A DNA stretch of 61,366 nt, the filler included. It is 10 parts of 10 records of this genome, joined end to end, with 100 filler letters (N's around TTAATTAATTAA, not from the genome) between each part and the next. Parts side by side here need not be neighbours in the genome. Positions count along the whole stretch, not along the records: positions 24,941 to 40,708 come from SRR20825010_4974; positions 40,809 to 44,980 come from SRR20825010_4975; positions 45,081 to 48,233 come from SRR20825010_4980; positions 48,334 to 55,553 come from SRR20825010_4986; 6 more parts are not named here. One strand, written 5' to 3'. The notes under the pieces are model-generated. The model had not been told where the DNA came from and searched no databases. It was given only the letters and a program-made list of their open reading frames with translations. The position numbers were made by a program, and so were the translations under genes. This document shows, in pieces, positions 38,258 to 48,986 of this stretch. Position 1 is the first letter of the stretch. Each line of letters begins with the position of its first letter.

Positions 38258-40198
38258 TTATACCCGGAACTGGGATGCCTTGCCCTGCAGGGTGTCCAGT
38301 AGTTCCCCGATCTGCCCGCTGGCCTGATCTGAGCGCTCAATGGCGTCAACGGTTTCACCGGACAGGCGGGCAATGTCCGTCACGCTGACGCTGACTTCCC
38401 CCGCATTCCTGCTCTGCTCTTCCGCAACCGCCGAAATCTCAAGCGCGCGCTTCTGCAGACTACCCAGCATTTGGTTGATCTGGTCGAAGTGCTCGTCGGC
38501 TCGACGGAATTCGGCGGACGATTCCGCCACCTGCCCCGAAACCTGATCAATCACGGTCACGGCCTGGCGGCTGCCCTGCTGAAGGCGATCAATAATGCCC
38601 TGAATTTCCGTAGTGGATTCCTGGGTGCGGCTGGCCAGGGTACGCACTTCATCGGCCACGACCGCAAAGCCGCGCCCGGATTCGCCCGCCCTCGCCGCTT
38701 CAATGGCAGCGTTGAGCGCCAACAGGTTGGTCTGCTCAGCAATGGCTCCGATTACTGACAGTACGGAATCAATTTCCGTACTCTGGCTGTTCAGTTCATT
38801 GACCGCCGCGACGGCCTGCTCCACGTTAGCAACAACCTGATCCAGACGCCCTCTTACATCACGGGAAATCGATGCCGTTGCCTCACTCTCCGCGTTTACG
38901 TTCTGGACGGAACCGGCTATTTCCTGGACGCTGTCAGCCACTTCGGCAATGCTGCCCGACATTGCCGACATGGTATCCGACACCTCCGCCACTTCCTGCT
39001 GCTGGCGATTAACGGCCGATACCGCATCGCGGCTTATCTGACCTTGTTCTCTGGCTCTCTCAGCGGCTGATTCGGCGGAGGACTTTACCTCTGACACCAA
39101 CTCCTGGATGCGCGCAATGAACTGGTTCATGCCCCGTGCCATTTCCGTCAGTTCGTCGCGGCCCTTGAGGGATACCCGTCGGGTCAGATCGGCCTCACCG
39201 TCGGCTATCTGCCAGATAGCCGAACTCAACCGGAGCACACGGGGAAGAAGGCCGCCGCCGAGCACGGCCGCCACCAGAACGATCAGCACAACCACAGAAC
39301 CGATGGCAAGGAATGAGAGATTGGAGGCAAGGCTGCCCGCCTCACGGTCCAGTGCCCCCACGGTGCTATCAATACGTGCCTGCGTGTCTCCACCCATGGT
39401 GGCAAGCTGTTGCTGCAGGCGCTGGTTGACCTCCCCGGTCTCAGCCTCCAATGTCTGGCGCAGCGCGTCGATACTGCCGGTGATGGTCTCACTGAATTCT
39501 TCTTCCAGAGCAGCGAGATCACGGTTGATCCCTTCCAGTGAGAGCCCCATTTTCAGCTGACCAATCGCTGTGCCCTGAGGTTTGATATCGGCGGTGATAA
39601 TCACCACGTTGGGGTCGCGGCTTGCCGCATCCAGGACCTTATTTGCCGCACCACGGCCCTCCCCCTGCTCCATTAAGGTGCGTACGCGATCATCGGTGCG
39701 ATCGACATAACGGGTCAGCCTTTCCCCGTACTGATCGTAATAGACTGCAAAAAGAACCGACTCCCGGGCATCCGCCAACTCAATGAGATCCGTCAACCGC
39801 GGCACGTCCCGATCCCAGATCAGCGGCGCGGCAACCGCGGCCAGCACCTCCGCCAGCCCCTGCGCTTCAGACATCACTGCCGACCGAACGTTGTTCGCCA
39901 CCCTCTCCTGCTGAGCCGTCTGCTGGCGCGTCAATTCACCCGCCAACTCTTCCGTGGTCCTCTGCTGCATGAGCTGCAGGCGATTTCGAACGTCTTCACG
40001 CGTGTCACCAAACGACCCACTGACTTCATGGCTGCTGGCCTCAAGCGCCGAACCGGCGGTCTCCACCAGGCTGTCCACCTGATTGGATATCAGCCACTGG
40101 CTCATGGCAACCTGCACCACACCGGCAATGATCAGAATCAGGAAAACAGGTCGCAGCAAGCGGCTTGTTACCAGCGCCTTCAGAAAACGAGGGGTCAT
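38258..40198 (-). CDS. Methyl-accepting chemotaxis protein, CtpL-like
   Basis: Two TM helices, HAMP domain, [35 protein letters not shown]-terminus SRLLRPVF resembles, from memory, Pseudomonas CtpL-type receptors. Confidence 0.9.
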   Translation of the reverse strand: MTPRFLKALVTSRLLRPVFLILIIAGVVQVAMSQWLISNQVDSLVETAGSALEASSHEVSGSFGDTREDVRNRLQLMQQRTTEELAGELTRQQTAQQERVANNVRSAVMSEAQGLAEVLAAVAAPLIWDRDVPRLTDLIELADARESVLFAVYYDQYGERLTRYVDRTDDRVRTLMEQGEGRGAANKVLDAASRDPNVVIITADIKPQGTAIGQLKMGLSLEGINRDLAALEEEFSETITGSIDALRQTLEAETGEVNQRLQQQLATMGGDTQARIDSTVGALDREAGSLASNLSFLAIGSVVVLIVLVAAVLGGGLLPRVLRLSSAIWQIADGEADLTRRVSLKGRDELTEMARGMNQFIARIQELVSEVKSSAESAAERAREQGQISRDAVSAVNRQQQEVAEVSDTMSAMSGSIAEVADSVQEIAGSVQNVNAESEATASISRDVRGRLDQVVANVEQAVAAVNELNSQSTEIDSVLSVIGAIAEQTNLLALNAAIEAARAGESGRGFAVVADEVRTLASRTQESTTEIQGIIDRLQQGSRQAVTVIDQVSGQVAESSAEFRRADEHFDQINQMLGSLQKRALEISAVAEEQSRNAGEVSVSVTDIARLSGETVDAIERSDQASGQIGELLDTLQGKASQFRV

Positions 40199-40272
40199 AC
40201 GGGCTCCATCAACACGTGTGAATCACACATTCCGGCGGCAGGGCTCGGCCTGCCCGTCCAGACTTATGATTG

Positions 40273-40317
40273 ACTATAGAGCAAAACCCGGACCACGGAG
40301 TGACGCAATCATGTACG
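40273..40317 (-). promoter_or_regulatory. Candidate PhoB-type promoter of the chemoreceptor gene
   Basis: Minus-strand cores TACAT, GTCAC and GTCCG at an exact 11-bp period, then 10 bp, then TATAGT. Confidence 0.45.
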
Positions 40318-40458
40318 GATTTTGTAACGGCCCGGTGAAATTCTTTGAAACTGAGAATCCGGCAGACGAGTACCGTTAGTATGACGGGGACTCGTTTGTG
40401 AACTTTCGTGCCCAATTGGCGTAAGCTCCCAGACACATCAATGAAAACAGGTGAAAAA

Positions 40459-40629
40459 ATGCTGGGATTCCTGAAGGGCGATCCAAAGAAGAAACTGCAG
40501 AAGGAATACGAAGCCAAGCTTCAGAAGGCGCTGCATGCACAGCGCAATGGTGACTTACGTACCCATGGCACGTTGATGGAGGAGGCGGAGAAGATTTATG
40601 CGGAGTTGCAGAAGATGGACAAGGAGTAG
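40459..40629 (+). CDS. DUF6435-like small protein
   Basis: MLGFLKGDPKKKLQKEY...AQRNGDLR. Confidence 0.75.
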   Translation: MLGFLKGDPKKKLQKEYEAKLQKALHAQRNGDLRTHGTLMEEAEKIYAELQKMDKE

Positions 40630-40639
40630 CATTTCAAGC

Positions 40640-40708
40640 TTGGCGGGTGGGTCGGCTGGCACACCCCTGTTCAAAACACGCCCGTAGATACGTCCATGTA
40701 GGGCTCGG
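40640..40708. repeat. Probable start of an interspersed extragenic repeat at the contig break
   Basis: AAAACACGCCCGTAGATACGTCCATGTAGGGCTCGG resembles repeats I recall from Marinobacter/Pseudomonas intergenic DNA; single copy in this window. Confidence 0.35.
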
Positions 40709-40808
40709 NNNNNNNNNNNNNNNNNNNNNNNNNNNNNNNNNNNNNNNNNNNNTTAATTAATTAANNNNNNNNNNNNNNNNNNNNNNNNNNNNNNNNNNNN
40801 NNNNNNNN

Positions 40809-41429
40809 GCCCCAGCGCGAGCAGCGGCCATAGGTCGGCTTTATGCCGACAATACCGCAGAAGCTGGCGGGCTGACGGATGGAGCCGCCGGTATCGGTGC
40901 CGGTCGCGGCAATGGCGAGACGGCCGGAGACGGCAGCGGCGGAGCCGCCGGAAGAGCCACCCGGAACCAGTTTCTGATTGCCGCCGCCGGAACGGCGCCA
41001 CGGATTTTCGACCGGGCCGTAATGGCTGGTGATGTTGGCGGAGCCCATGGCGAACTCATCAAGATTGAGCTTGCCCAGCATCACCCCGCCGGCATTCCAG
41101 AGATTCTGGCTCACCGTCGATTCATATTCTGGCTTGAAGCCGTCGAGGATATGGGAGGCCGCCGTGGTCAGCACGCCTTCGGTGCAGAACAGGTCCTTGA
41201 TACCGATCGGCAGGCCTTCCATGGCCCCGCCCTCGCCCTTGGCGAGTTTCTCGTCCGACGCCTTGGCCATCGCCCGCGCCTTGTCCGGCGTTTCGGTGAT
41301 GAAGGCGTTCAGGCTCTTGCCCGCTTCCATGGCGCCGATATAGGCCTCGGTCAGCTCGGCGGAGGAGGTTTTTTTCGCCTTCAGCGCGTCGCGCGCCTCG
41401 ACGAGGCTGAGTGAGAGAAGATCGCTCAT
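40809..41429 (-). CDS. gatA: Asp/Glu-tRNA amidotransferase subunit A, partial
   Basis: [42 protein letters not shown]. Confidence 0.97.
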
Positions 41430-41716
41430 TATTCGACCACCTTCGGAACAGCGTAATAGCCATGCGCCCGGTCCGGCGCGTTCGCCAGCACCCGTTCGGG
41501 ATAGGCGCCGTCGGACACCGCGTCGGCGCGCAGCGGCAGGCCGTGGCCCGTGACGCTCGCCAGCGGCTCGACATTGTCCGTATTCACTTCACCCAATTGC
41601 TCGACGAAGCCGAGAATAGTGTTCAGATCACCGACCATGGCATCCAGTTGTGCGTCGTCGGTCTTGATACGCGCGAGATGCGCGATTTTCGCGACAGTGG
41701 CTTTGTCAAGCGACAT
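41429..41716 (-). CDS. gatC: Asp/Glu-tRNA amidotransferase subunit C
   Basis: [17 protein letters not shown]...LANAP...VPKVVE. Confidence 0.96.
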   Translation of the reverse strand: MSLDKATVAKIAHLARIKTDDAQLDAMVGDLNTILGFVEQLGEVNTDNVEPLASVTGHGLPLRADAVSDGAYPERVLANAPDRAHGYYAVPKVVE

Positions 41717-41808
41717 CGGATAAGGCTCTCCGTAATATTCGGAAATTCGCGGCAGCTCCATACACCAAGCACAGAGCCGCAAAACGGTGGCGAAGGTATC
41801 ACCCTGAC

Positions 41809-42270
41809 ATGACATTCTGCAACCCCGCCGACCTGCCAGGAATGATGGGCAAGTTCACCCGTATTCTGGGGCTGGACCTCGGCTCCAAGACCATCGGCAT
41901 CGCCATCTCCGACCCGTTTCTGCGCGTCGCCTCGTCGGTCACCACCATCCAGCGCCGGAAGTTCACCAAGGACGCCGAAGAACTGGCCCGGATCGTCACG
42001 GAAAAGAATGTCGGCGCCTTCCTGATCGGCCTGCCCCTGAACATGGACGGCACCGAGGGCCCGCGCTGCCAGTCGACCCGCGATTTCGCCCGCGAGCTGA
42101 TCCTGCGCATCGACCTGCCGGTCGCGTTTTTCGACGAACGGATGAGCACCATGGCCGTCGAGCGGGCCATGATCGACGCGGACATGACCCGGAAGAAACG
42201 CGCGGCCCGGGTGGATCAGCTCGCCGCAGCCTATATCCTGCAGGCCGCGCTGGACACGATACCGGACTGA
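41809..42270 (+). CDS. ruvX: YqgF/RuvX pre-16S rRNA nuclease
   Basis: LGLDLGSKTIGIA, GLPLNMDG, DERMST, DQLAAAYILQ. Confidence 0.95.
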   Translation: MTFCNPADLPGMMGKFTRILGLDLGSKTIGIAISDPFLRVASSVTTIQRRKFTKDAEELARIVTEKNVGAFLIGLPLNMDGTEGPRCQSTRDFARELILRIDLPVAFFDERMSTMAVERAMIDADMTRKKRAARVDQLAAAYILQAALDTIPD

Positions 42271-42319
42271 GCCACCCCGAATTCCAGCAACCGAGCCAAG
42301 ACAGAACCAGAGAGACCCG

Positions 42320-43273
42320 ATGTCGATATTGTTCATTACTTCCACACGGATCGGCGATGCGATTCTCTCGACCGGAATTCTCTCCTGGCTGCATGAACAC
42401 TATCCTGATGACGGCATCACCATCGCCTGTGGCGGTCCGGCCTCTAAGGTGTTCGGCGAAGTGCCGAACCTGGAAGCGCTGCATGTCATCAAAAAACAGC
42501 GTAATCATGGGCACTGGTGGAAGCTCTGGCGGGCGATGGCGCCCCGGAAGTGGCGCGTCGTCGTTGATCTGCGCCGCTCCGCCATGCCGTGGCTGCTCCT
42601 GGCCGGGAAGCGCTACAGCGTCCCGAAGGACCGGACCGGGCGCCACCGGGTAGAGCTGAACGCCTCGATGTTCGGCATGCCGTCACTGGATCCGAAGATC
42701 TGGACCGCGCCGGAGCACCGGGAGGCGGCGGAAAAGCTGCTCGCCGGGGCGAAAAACCCTGTCGCGCTGGCCGTCGGCGCCAACTGGGCCGGCAAGACCT
42801 GGCCAGCCGACCGGTTCGCGGCGCTGGCGGAAAACATCCGGCAGATGGAAACCTTCGGCCCGAAAACCGAGATCGTACTCGTCGGCGGCCCCGACGAGCG
42901 GGAAGCCGGAGCCGCACTGCTCGAAAGCCATAATGGCGGCCGAGTGATCGACGCCTTCGGGCTGGATATCCTCTCGACCCATGAGCTGCTGAAAAGATGC
43001 CGTCTGATGGTCGCCAACGACTCCGCCATGATGCATCTCGCGGCCGCCTCCGGCATCCCGACCATCGGCCTGTTCGGCCCGACCAAGGACCAGCATTACC
43101 GGCCCTGGGGCGAAAACGGCTTCGTCGTCCGCACCCCGGACAGCGCCGACGCCCTTATGGCCCGCCTGCGCAGCGATCCTGCATCGGTAACGCACCTGAT
43201 GGACGGTATCGCGGTTGATGACGTCATAGCCAAAATCGGGGAACTTGAGACCGAGGGGCTGTTCAAACACTGA
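42320..43273 (+). CDS. Glycosyltransferase family 9 (heptosyltransferase-like)
   Basis: RIGDAILS, KTWP, ANDSAMMHLAAA, LFGPT. Confidence 0.93.
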   Translation: MSILFITSTRIGDAILSTGILSWLHEHYPDDGITIACGGPASKVFGEVPNLEALHVIKKQRNHGHWWKLWRAMAPRKWRVVVDLRRSAMPWLLLAGKRYSVPKDRTGRHRVELNASMFGMPSLDPKIWTAPEHREAAEKLLAGAKNPVALAVGANWAGKTWPADRFAALAENIRQMETFGPKTEIVLVGGPDEREAGAALLESHNGGRVIDAFGLDILSTHELLKRCRLMVANDSAMMHLAAASGIPTIGLFGPTKDQHYRPWGENGFVVRTPDSADALMARLRSDPASVTHLMDGIAVDDVIAKIGELETEGLFKH

Positions 43274-43485
43274 CAGGAAACGCCGCGTGCGGCTGAAGCG
43301 GCAGACCTTGGTCGATTCCGGACGTGAAACCCGACGCCGCGCAAGACCCGCACTTTCTTCATCAGCTCCCGAACAAAAGAGGCCCTGTCCGGGCACGAAC
43401 AGGTGGACCAGACGAGCGCGGCGTATACTCTTGAAGCAACACCGGCCGGACATCGCCGGAACGGATCGCCCGAGAGGAGAATGCT

Positions 43486-44388
43486 GTGAGCCGCCTTTCA
43501 TCCACCATACTTGCCATCGGACTGGCCATTGGGCTCACCTCCCTGCTCGGTCCCGCACCGGCGCGCGCGCACGACAAAGAGCCGATCGGAGACGCCGTTA
43601 ACGAGCTGCCGCTCTTCGACGCGCATATGCATTACAAGGAACCCGCATGGCAGCAATTCCCCGTCGAGAGCATCGTCGAGCTGATGGACGAGAACGGCGT
43701 CGCCATGGCCCTTGTCTCCTCAACGCCCGACGAGGGCACCATCATGCTGTGGGAATACGCGCCCAACCGGATTGTCCCGGAGTTGCGACCCTATCACGGC
43801 ACTGCTGGCTCATCGAACTGGTCCAAGTCACCGGGCATGGGCGATTATCTGGCAGAGCGGCTGGAAGACTACCCGCATGAAGGGATCGGGGAATTTCACA
43901 TACACAGGCTGGACACATCCGACGAGCCGTTCTTCCGCACCGTGATCGGCCTGGCGAAAGCCAGGGACATATACCTTCATGTCCACTCCGACGCAGAACC
44001 CATCAGATGGCTTTATAGCCTCGATCCGGATGTCAAAATCATATGGGCCCATGCCGGTCTCGGCGAGGCTGCCGCCGGGGTCTACGCATTGATGGAGGAA
44101 TTCCCGGAGCTGGTTGCAGACACGTCCCTCAAGGAGCACGCCATTCTCGGATACGACGAACAGCTCGACCCTGAATGGGAAAAGATCATCTTCGCCTTCC
44201 AGGACCGGCTGATGGTGGGCAGCGACACCTGGATCAATGGCCAGTGGGAGAACTATTCCTCCATCATGGACTCAAACAGGGCCTGGCTCGCGAAACTGCC
44301 CGAGGACGTGGCCCGGAAGATCGCCTACCAGAATGCGGAGCGGCTGTTCGGGCGGGAGATAACGATGGAACAGATCGGCACGCGGTAA
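43486..44388 (+). CDS. Secreted amidohydrolase-fold protein
   Basis: Signal peptide; DAHMHY, GIGEFH, HVHSD, WAHAG, GSDTW. Confidence 0.85.
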   Translation: MSRLSSTILAIGLAIGLTSLLGPAPARAHDKEPIGDAVNELPLFDAHMHYKEPAWQQFPVESIVELMDENGVAMALVSSTPDEGTIMLWEYAPNRIVPELRPYHGTAGSSNWSKSPGMGDYLAERLEDYPHEGIGEFHIHRLDTSDEPFFRTVIGLAKARDIYLHVHSDAEPIRWLYSLDPDVKIIWAHAGLGEAAAGVYALMEEFPELVADTSLKEHAILGYDEQLDPEWEKIIFAFQDRLMVGSDTWINGQWENYSSIMDSNRAWLAKLPEDVARKIAYQNAERLFGREITMEQIGTR

Positions 44389-44465
44389 TCGTCACCGTTC
44401 CAAATGTGCCGCAAACGCTGCCGAAACAGGCCATGAAGACCTGAGGGCAAAAGGGAGGAAAATCC

Positions 44466-44980
44466 ATGTCGAACGAGCGAGATAATACGGAGAGCGAACC
44501 CTGGAACGGCCCCCGCTGGGCCACCAGCCGGCATAATTTCGATCCGGAAATCGCCGTACCGCCCCGCCCGGTCGAACTGCACGACCTGACACTCCGCGAT
44601 GGCGAGGAATCGGCCGATCTCGCCTTCACGACGGCGGACAAGGTGAAGATCGCCGAGGCTCTGGCCCGCCTCGGCATCAAGCGCACCGAGATTTTCCTGA
44701 CGGTGCCGGGCTGGCAGGAAGTCATTCGCGAGATCATGCGCCGGGATCTCGGCATGGATTTCTGGGTCACCTGGCAGCCGGGACGGGTCGAGAAGGCGCT
44801 CGAGCTCGGCGTGCGGCATGTCATGGTCTGGTACCATATCGGCGACGAGATGCAGCGCCACGTCTTCAAGACCAACCGCGAGGCGCAGTTCGCAAAGATG
44901 ATCGAGGAAGTCCGGGCGGCCCGCGCGGCGGGCTGTGTCGTGAACCTGTTCATGCCGGAAACCACCCGCGCCGACCTCGA
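44466..44980 (+). CDS. DRE-TIM metallolyase (LeuA/homocitrate synthase-like), partial
   Basis: HDLTLRDGEE...KVKIAEAL..LGI; ETTRAD. Confidence 0.8.
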
Positions 44981-45080
44981 NNNNNNNNNNNNNNNNNNNN
45001 NNNNNNNNNNNNNNNNNNNNNNNNTTAATTAATTAANNNNNNNNNNNNNNNNNNNNNNNNNNNNNNNNNNNNNNNNNNNN

Positions 45081-45286
45081 AATTCGATGGTCTGAAATTG
45101 TGTGGTGATGGCGACCTGAAACCGGCGGATGCTGTCGTGCTGGCGGTGTCGCATCGTGAATATGTTGCCAAGGGCTGGCCGCTGGTGCAGGGGCTTCTGA
45201 AAGATGGCACCGGCTTTGTTGCCGATGTGCGCGCCATCCTGCCGCGTGACGAGGTACCCGCAGGTATCGACCTTTGGCGGTTGTAA
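45081..45286 (+). CDS. Nucleotide-sugar dehydrogenase, C-terminal fragment
   Basis: ADAVVLAVSHREY...VADVRA...LWRL. Confidence 0.8.
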
Positions 45287-45298
45287 AAGCCGGATTGA

Positions 45299-45664
45299 TC
45301 AATCCTTATAAAGGTTAAGCTCGCGCTGTTTCTTTTTGGTGAGGCCGCGGGCGACGATTTTGTGGGATGCCTGCAAATGATCGCGCAGAGCTGCGTCATC
45401 AAGGCCCGGCACGTCATAATGCTGAATCCATTTCATGCCGCGCGAGGCAAGGTACGGGGCAGGTCGCAAGCCGGGCTGTTCCTTTAAAACCTCGTAGGCG
45501 ATATCTGAAACCTTGAAGGTAATGCCAAGTGTATTACCCTTGGTCCAGCCACCAATCGCAAACACTTTGCCTCCGACCTTCCAAACATCCGCACCGCCCC
45601 ATTGCACAACATGGGTTGTGACCGGCAGAGATTTGCAAAATGTGTTGAATTCATCGCGGGTCAT
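45299..45664 (-). CDS. MmcQ/YjbR family DNA-binding protein
   Basis: QWGGADVWKVGGKVFA, PAPYLA. Confidence 0.88.
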   Translation of the reverse strand: MTRDEFNTFCKSLPVTTHVVQWGGADVWKVGGKVFAIGGWTKGNTLGITFKVSDIAYEVLKEQPGLRPAPYLASRGMKWIQHYDVPGLDDAALRDHLQASHKIVARGLTKKKQRELNLYKD

Positions 45665-45723
45665 TGAGGCTTTTTCCCGATCAAGAATTGTCAGAATATT
45701 CTGATGCCACCATCACATAGAGA

Positions 45724-46815
45724 TCAAGAAACGATTTGACCGATGAGTTGCTGCAAATCTTGATCAAAGCGGGTTTTGCTGAAATGCGCGCGGCAAAAGG
45801 CCTGTGCGGCATTTGCCATATCCTGTGTTTCTTTTGTTTGAGTAAAAGCGTCGGATATCCTGTTCGCCAGTATTTCGGGATTACCCGGTTGGCAGATACG
45901 CCCGGTTTCACCTTCGCGAACGATATCTCCCAATGTACCGGTGCTGCTGGTGATGACGGGAACCCCCGCGGCCATGGCTTCCAGAACGACAAGGGGCTGG
46001 GCCTCGTTCGGGTAGTGGGTGGGAAACACGAAAAGGTTGGCCTTGGACAGAAGCTTTGTGCGGCAACCGGCATCGACCAGGCCGTGATAAAGGCAGTGAT
46101 TGTCAAGGCCGAAAGTGTCGATTAATCGTTCAAGGTCGCCGACTGAAATGTCACCCTCTGCCCCGGCGATATCAAGTGCGAAATCGATATTGCGCTGTCG
46201 GAGGATTGCGCAGGCCGCCAGCACATCGTCAATGCCTTTGCTGCGAAACAGGTTCGACAGATAAAGCAGGCGTGGTGTGGTGTCATCGCATAAGGATCGT
46301 GTGATTTGAAAGGCCTCATCGGGCAGGTAGTTGGCGATGATTGTTGATTGGCAATCAAGGCCTGTAAGTTCTTGGCGCAAGGCATCGCCAAGAATAATGG
46401 CGGTTTGCCCGGCAAAAGCCCGATGTTGCAGCCAGCCCGCGAATCTGCTTTCGTGGCCAGCTTGCAGGCCTTGACCATGCAGATGCAGGATCGCCGGAAC
46501 GCCAAACAGTTTCGACATAAGGGCGTAAATGCCATCACGATAAAACGCGCCGCCGGTCGGAGAGAAATTTATGTAAAGCGCATCGGGTTTTCGCCAGAGT
46601 TCGAAGAGCAGTCTGAGCGACAGGTAAAATGCCGTGAGCAGTTTGCCAATTGTCGGTCTGGCAATGTCGCGCGGATGCTTGGCAAAACGCATTTCAAGCA
46701 GAGTCACATCACAGATTTTCCGCAATGCGGCCAGCGCCCTTTCATTCATGGCAGCAGCTCCGTGCATCGGCGGGGGTAGTTGCAGCATGGCGATAATCCG
46801 CGGGCGTTTGGTCAT
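45724..46815 (-). CDS. Glycosyltransferase family 4
   Basis: PPPMHG, LSNLFRSKG, EAQPLVVLEAMAAG. Confidence 0.92.
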   Translation of the reverse strand: MTKRPRIIAMLQLPPPMHGAAAMNERALAALRKICDVTLLEMRFAKHPRDIARPTIGKLLTAFYLSLRLLFELWRKPDALYINFSPTGGAFYRDGIYALMSKLFGVPAILHLHGQGLQAGHESRFAGWLQHRAFAGQTAIILGDALRQELTGLDCQSTIIANYLPDEAFQITRSLCDDTTPRLLYLSNLFRSKGIDDVLAACAILRQRNIDFALDIAGAEGDISVGDLERLIDTFGLDNHCLYHGLVDAGCRTKLLSKANLFVFPTHYPNEAQPLVVLEAMAAGVPVITSSTGTLGDIVREGETGRICQPGNPEILANRISDAFTQTKETQDMANAAQAFCRAHFSKTRFDQDLQQLIGQIVS

Positions 46816-47555
46816 ATGCCGATCCCCAATGCGCGTTTGAGATCAAAGAGGCGCATCCAGATCGGCAGGGCTATGCCTTTGCGATGGCGGGCCAGAACAT
46901 GACGCAATGTATCGCGATGGATTGTAGTTTGGATGGATGCAAAGTGGCGGGTTGCGGGATCGGTATTTCGCGTGATCAATGGCTGGTCCAACCGCCAGAT
47001 TGCAGCCCCGGCGATGCGCGCGGCCCGCAGATAAAAATCAAGATCAATGCAGCAGGGCAAGTCTGGATCGTATCCGCCCGCCTGTCGCCAGATATCGCGA
47101 TGGAAAGCCAGAGATGAATGGTGCAGCGGATTGCTGCGATAAAGCCGTGCTGCGGGTATTTCGCGCCATTGATTGCGGCAAGTTTTTGCCTGTGCCTGTA
47201 TTTTCTGTCCGGCTGTGAAGGCGAGTACATGCGGATGGGCACGTAAAATGCCGGTTTGTATCGACAGTCGGTCGGGATGGGAAAAATCGTCGATATCCTG
47301 AATGGCGATCAGGTTGGTCGTGGCATGTGAAATGGCGAGATTGAGCGCAGCCCCCCTGCCAATCGGGTTGGTTCGGATAAGTTGGGCCTGCTTTAATCCA
47401 TCGGGAAGTATGACGCGATTGGTCGATCCGTCGTCAACGATTACCGCACAGTCCTGCGGGCGCAGAATATCCGATAGATTGGCAAAATAGCGATCCAGAA
47501 AGGCATCGCCATTTCGAACAGTGGTGATCACGGTGATCGCATCATCTTGGGTCAT
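46812..47555 (-). CDS. Glycosyltransferase family 2
   Basis: VDDGS, GRGAALN, QDIDD, GGYD. Confidence 0.9.
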   Translation of the reverse strand: MTQDDAITVITTVRNGDAFLDRYFANLSDILRPQDCAVIVDDGSTNRVILPDGLKQAQLIRTNPIGRGAALNLAISHATTNLIAIQDIDDFSHPDRLSIQTGILRAHPHVLAFTAGQKIQAQAKTCRNQWREIPAARLYRSNPLHHSSLAFHRDIWRQAGGYDPDLPCCIDLDFYLRAARIAGAAIWRLDQPLITRNTDPATRHFASIQTTIHRDTLRHVLARHRKGIALPIWMRLFDLKRALGIGI

Positions 47556-48233
47556 GACGGTTTCCAGACAATGCGAAGTGTTGCGGTGCTTTGGTTTGGC
47601 ACAAAGATTGTTTTGACCGGGCCGGTCACAGCAAACAGGCCATCATCGGCAATCTGGAGCGGATGATCGGCGATCAGGTGCAGGTTCAAATCGGGGAAAT
47701 CAATCCGGTTTCCTGCGGGTTTTTCAAAGGCCAAACCGGAGGGGACCAGCAGGCGGAACAGATGTAGGCCCGATGAGTTGTCTGCCCGGACCTGATCATG
47801 GATGACAATTTCGTCCTCATGGAAGGTGATGCTCCGCCGCCCCCGGAACCCCGCCAGCCTGAATACGATATTTACAGTGGCATCGTTGATGGTGCCCGAT
47901 GTGAATGCCCCGTCAGCCTTGTGCCCGGCAATGGCGGGAAGAGGTTGGGACGCTGGGTTATAGAGGCTTGGGAAGTCTTCTTCACCGCTGGTGGGCGGTA
48001 GGAAAATCTGGCCGTTCGTGATCAGGACCGGTGCGGGGGTGACATCATAAGATGCCTTTCCGCGCAGGCACATGCGGGCGTTATAATGGCGGGTATCCTT
48101 GATCAGAAGGAGATCGGCCTTGGCGGTGGAGTGATTGGTTGGCACAGATTTGGGGAGGGTATCCATTGTCGCGCGCAGCAGCCAGAAAGCGGAAAAGGCC
48201 AGGTAATCGTAATGCCGGTTATAGCTGTACCAG
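47552..48233 (-). CDS. Hypothetical protein of a polysaccharide cluster, C-terminal part
   Basis: Frame stays open to the contig end (WYSYNRHYDYLAF...); stop overlaps the GT2 start. Confidence 0.6.
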
Positions 48234-48446
48234 NNNNNNNNNNNNNNNNNNNNNNNNNNNNNNNNNNNNNNNNNNNNTTAATTAATTAANNNNNNNNNNN
48301 NNNNNNNNNNNNNNNNNNNNNNNNNNNNNNNNNCCACTTTTTCCGCCGCAATTAACAAAAGCGTGAAGCATGCGGCCTTTGTGCTTGTGGTTGTGGGGGC
48401 GGGTGAATATATAGGCGCGGGCGTCACAACATCTCAGGGTGACTCG

Positions 48447-48863
48447 ATGAATGAGCTCAGTAATGCCGAATACGTGCCCACCGAGGACGAGCCCTTCATG
48501 AATGAGCGCCAACGTTCATATTTCCGTGCGAAATTGTTGCGTTGGAAAAGCGATATTCTGAAAGAAGCGCGTGAGACCCTCGAGGCACTGCAACAGGAAA
48601 GTGCAAACCACCCGGACCTCGCAGACCGAGCGTCGTCCGAAACGGATCGTGCAATCGAATTGCGAGCGCGTGACCGTCAGCGCAAGCTGATCTCCAAGAT
48701 CGATGCCGCCCTGCAGCGGATCGAGGAGGGGACTTACGGGTATTGCGAGGAGACGGGTGAACCAATTTCACTGAAACGTCTCGATGCGCGCCCGATCGCC
48801 ACGTTGTCGATCGAGGCACAGGAACGTCATGAACGTCGTGAGAAAGTCTATCGCGACGATTGA
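48447..48863 (+). CDS. dksA: RNA polymerase-binding protein DksA
   Basis: EPFMNERQ, DLADRASSE coiled-coil tip, YGYCEETGEPI. Confidence 0.96.
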   Translation: MNELSNAEYVPTEDEPFMNERQRSYFRAKLLRWKSDILKEARETLEALQQESANHPDLADRASSETDRAIELRARDRQRKLISKIDAALQRIEEGTYGYCEETGEPISLKRLDARPIATLSIEAQERHERREKVYRDD

Positions 48864-48904
48864 TTTTTGTTACAGGCTTGGACGGAAGTTTGTCTTGTTT
48901 GTAC

Positions 48905-48932
48905 GCGCCACCCTCCGGGTTGGCGCTTTTTT
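48905..48932 (+). terminator. Rho-independent terminator of dksA
   Basis: GCGCCA-CCC-tcc-GGG-t-TGGCGC followed by TTTTTT. Confidence 0.75.
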
Positions 48933-48986
48933 CTTGCCTGGAATGCGCTCGAATGGGAGGTGCCCGAAAAGGGCTGTCGCCAATCG

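Noticed and set aside
45081-48233. Lower-GC segment as a horizontally acquired island
   Set aside because: It is a separate contig, so the composition difference most simply reflects a different organism
48447-48863. DksA with only one Cys of the zinc finger
   Set aside because: Zinc-independent DksA is already known in Alphaproteobacteria
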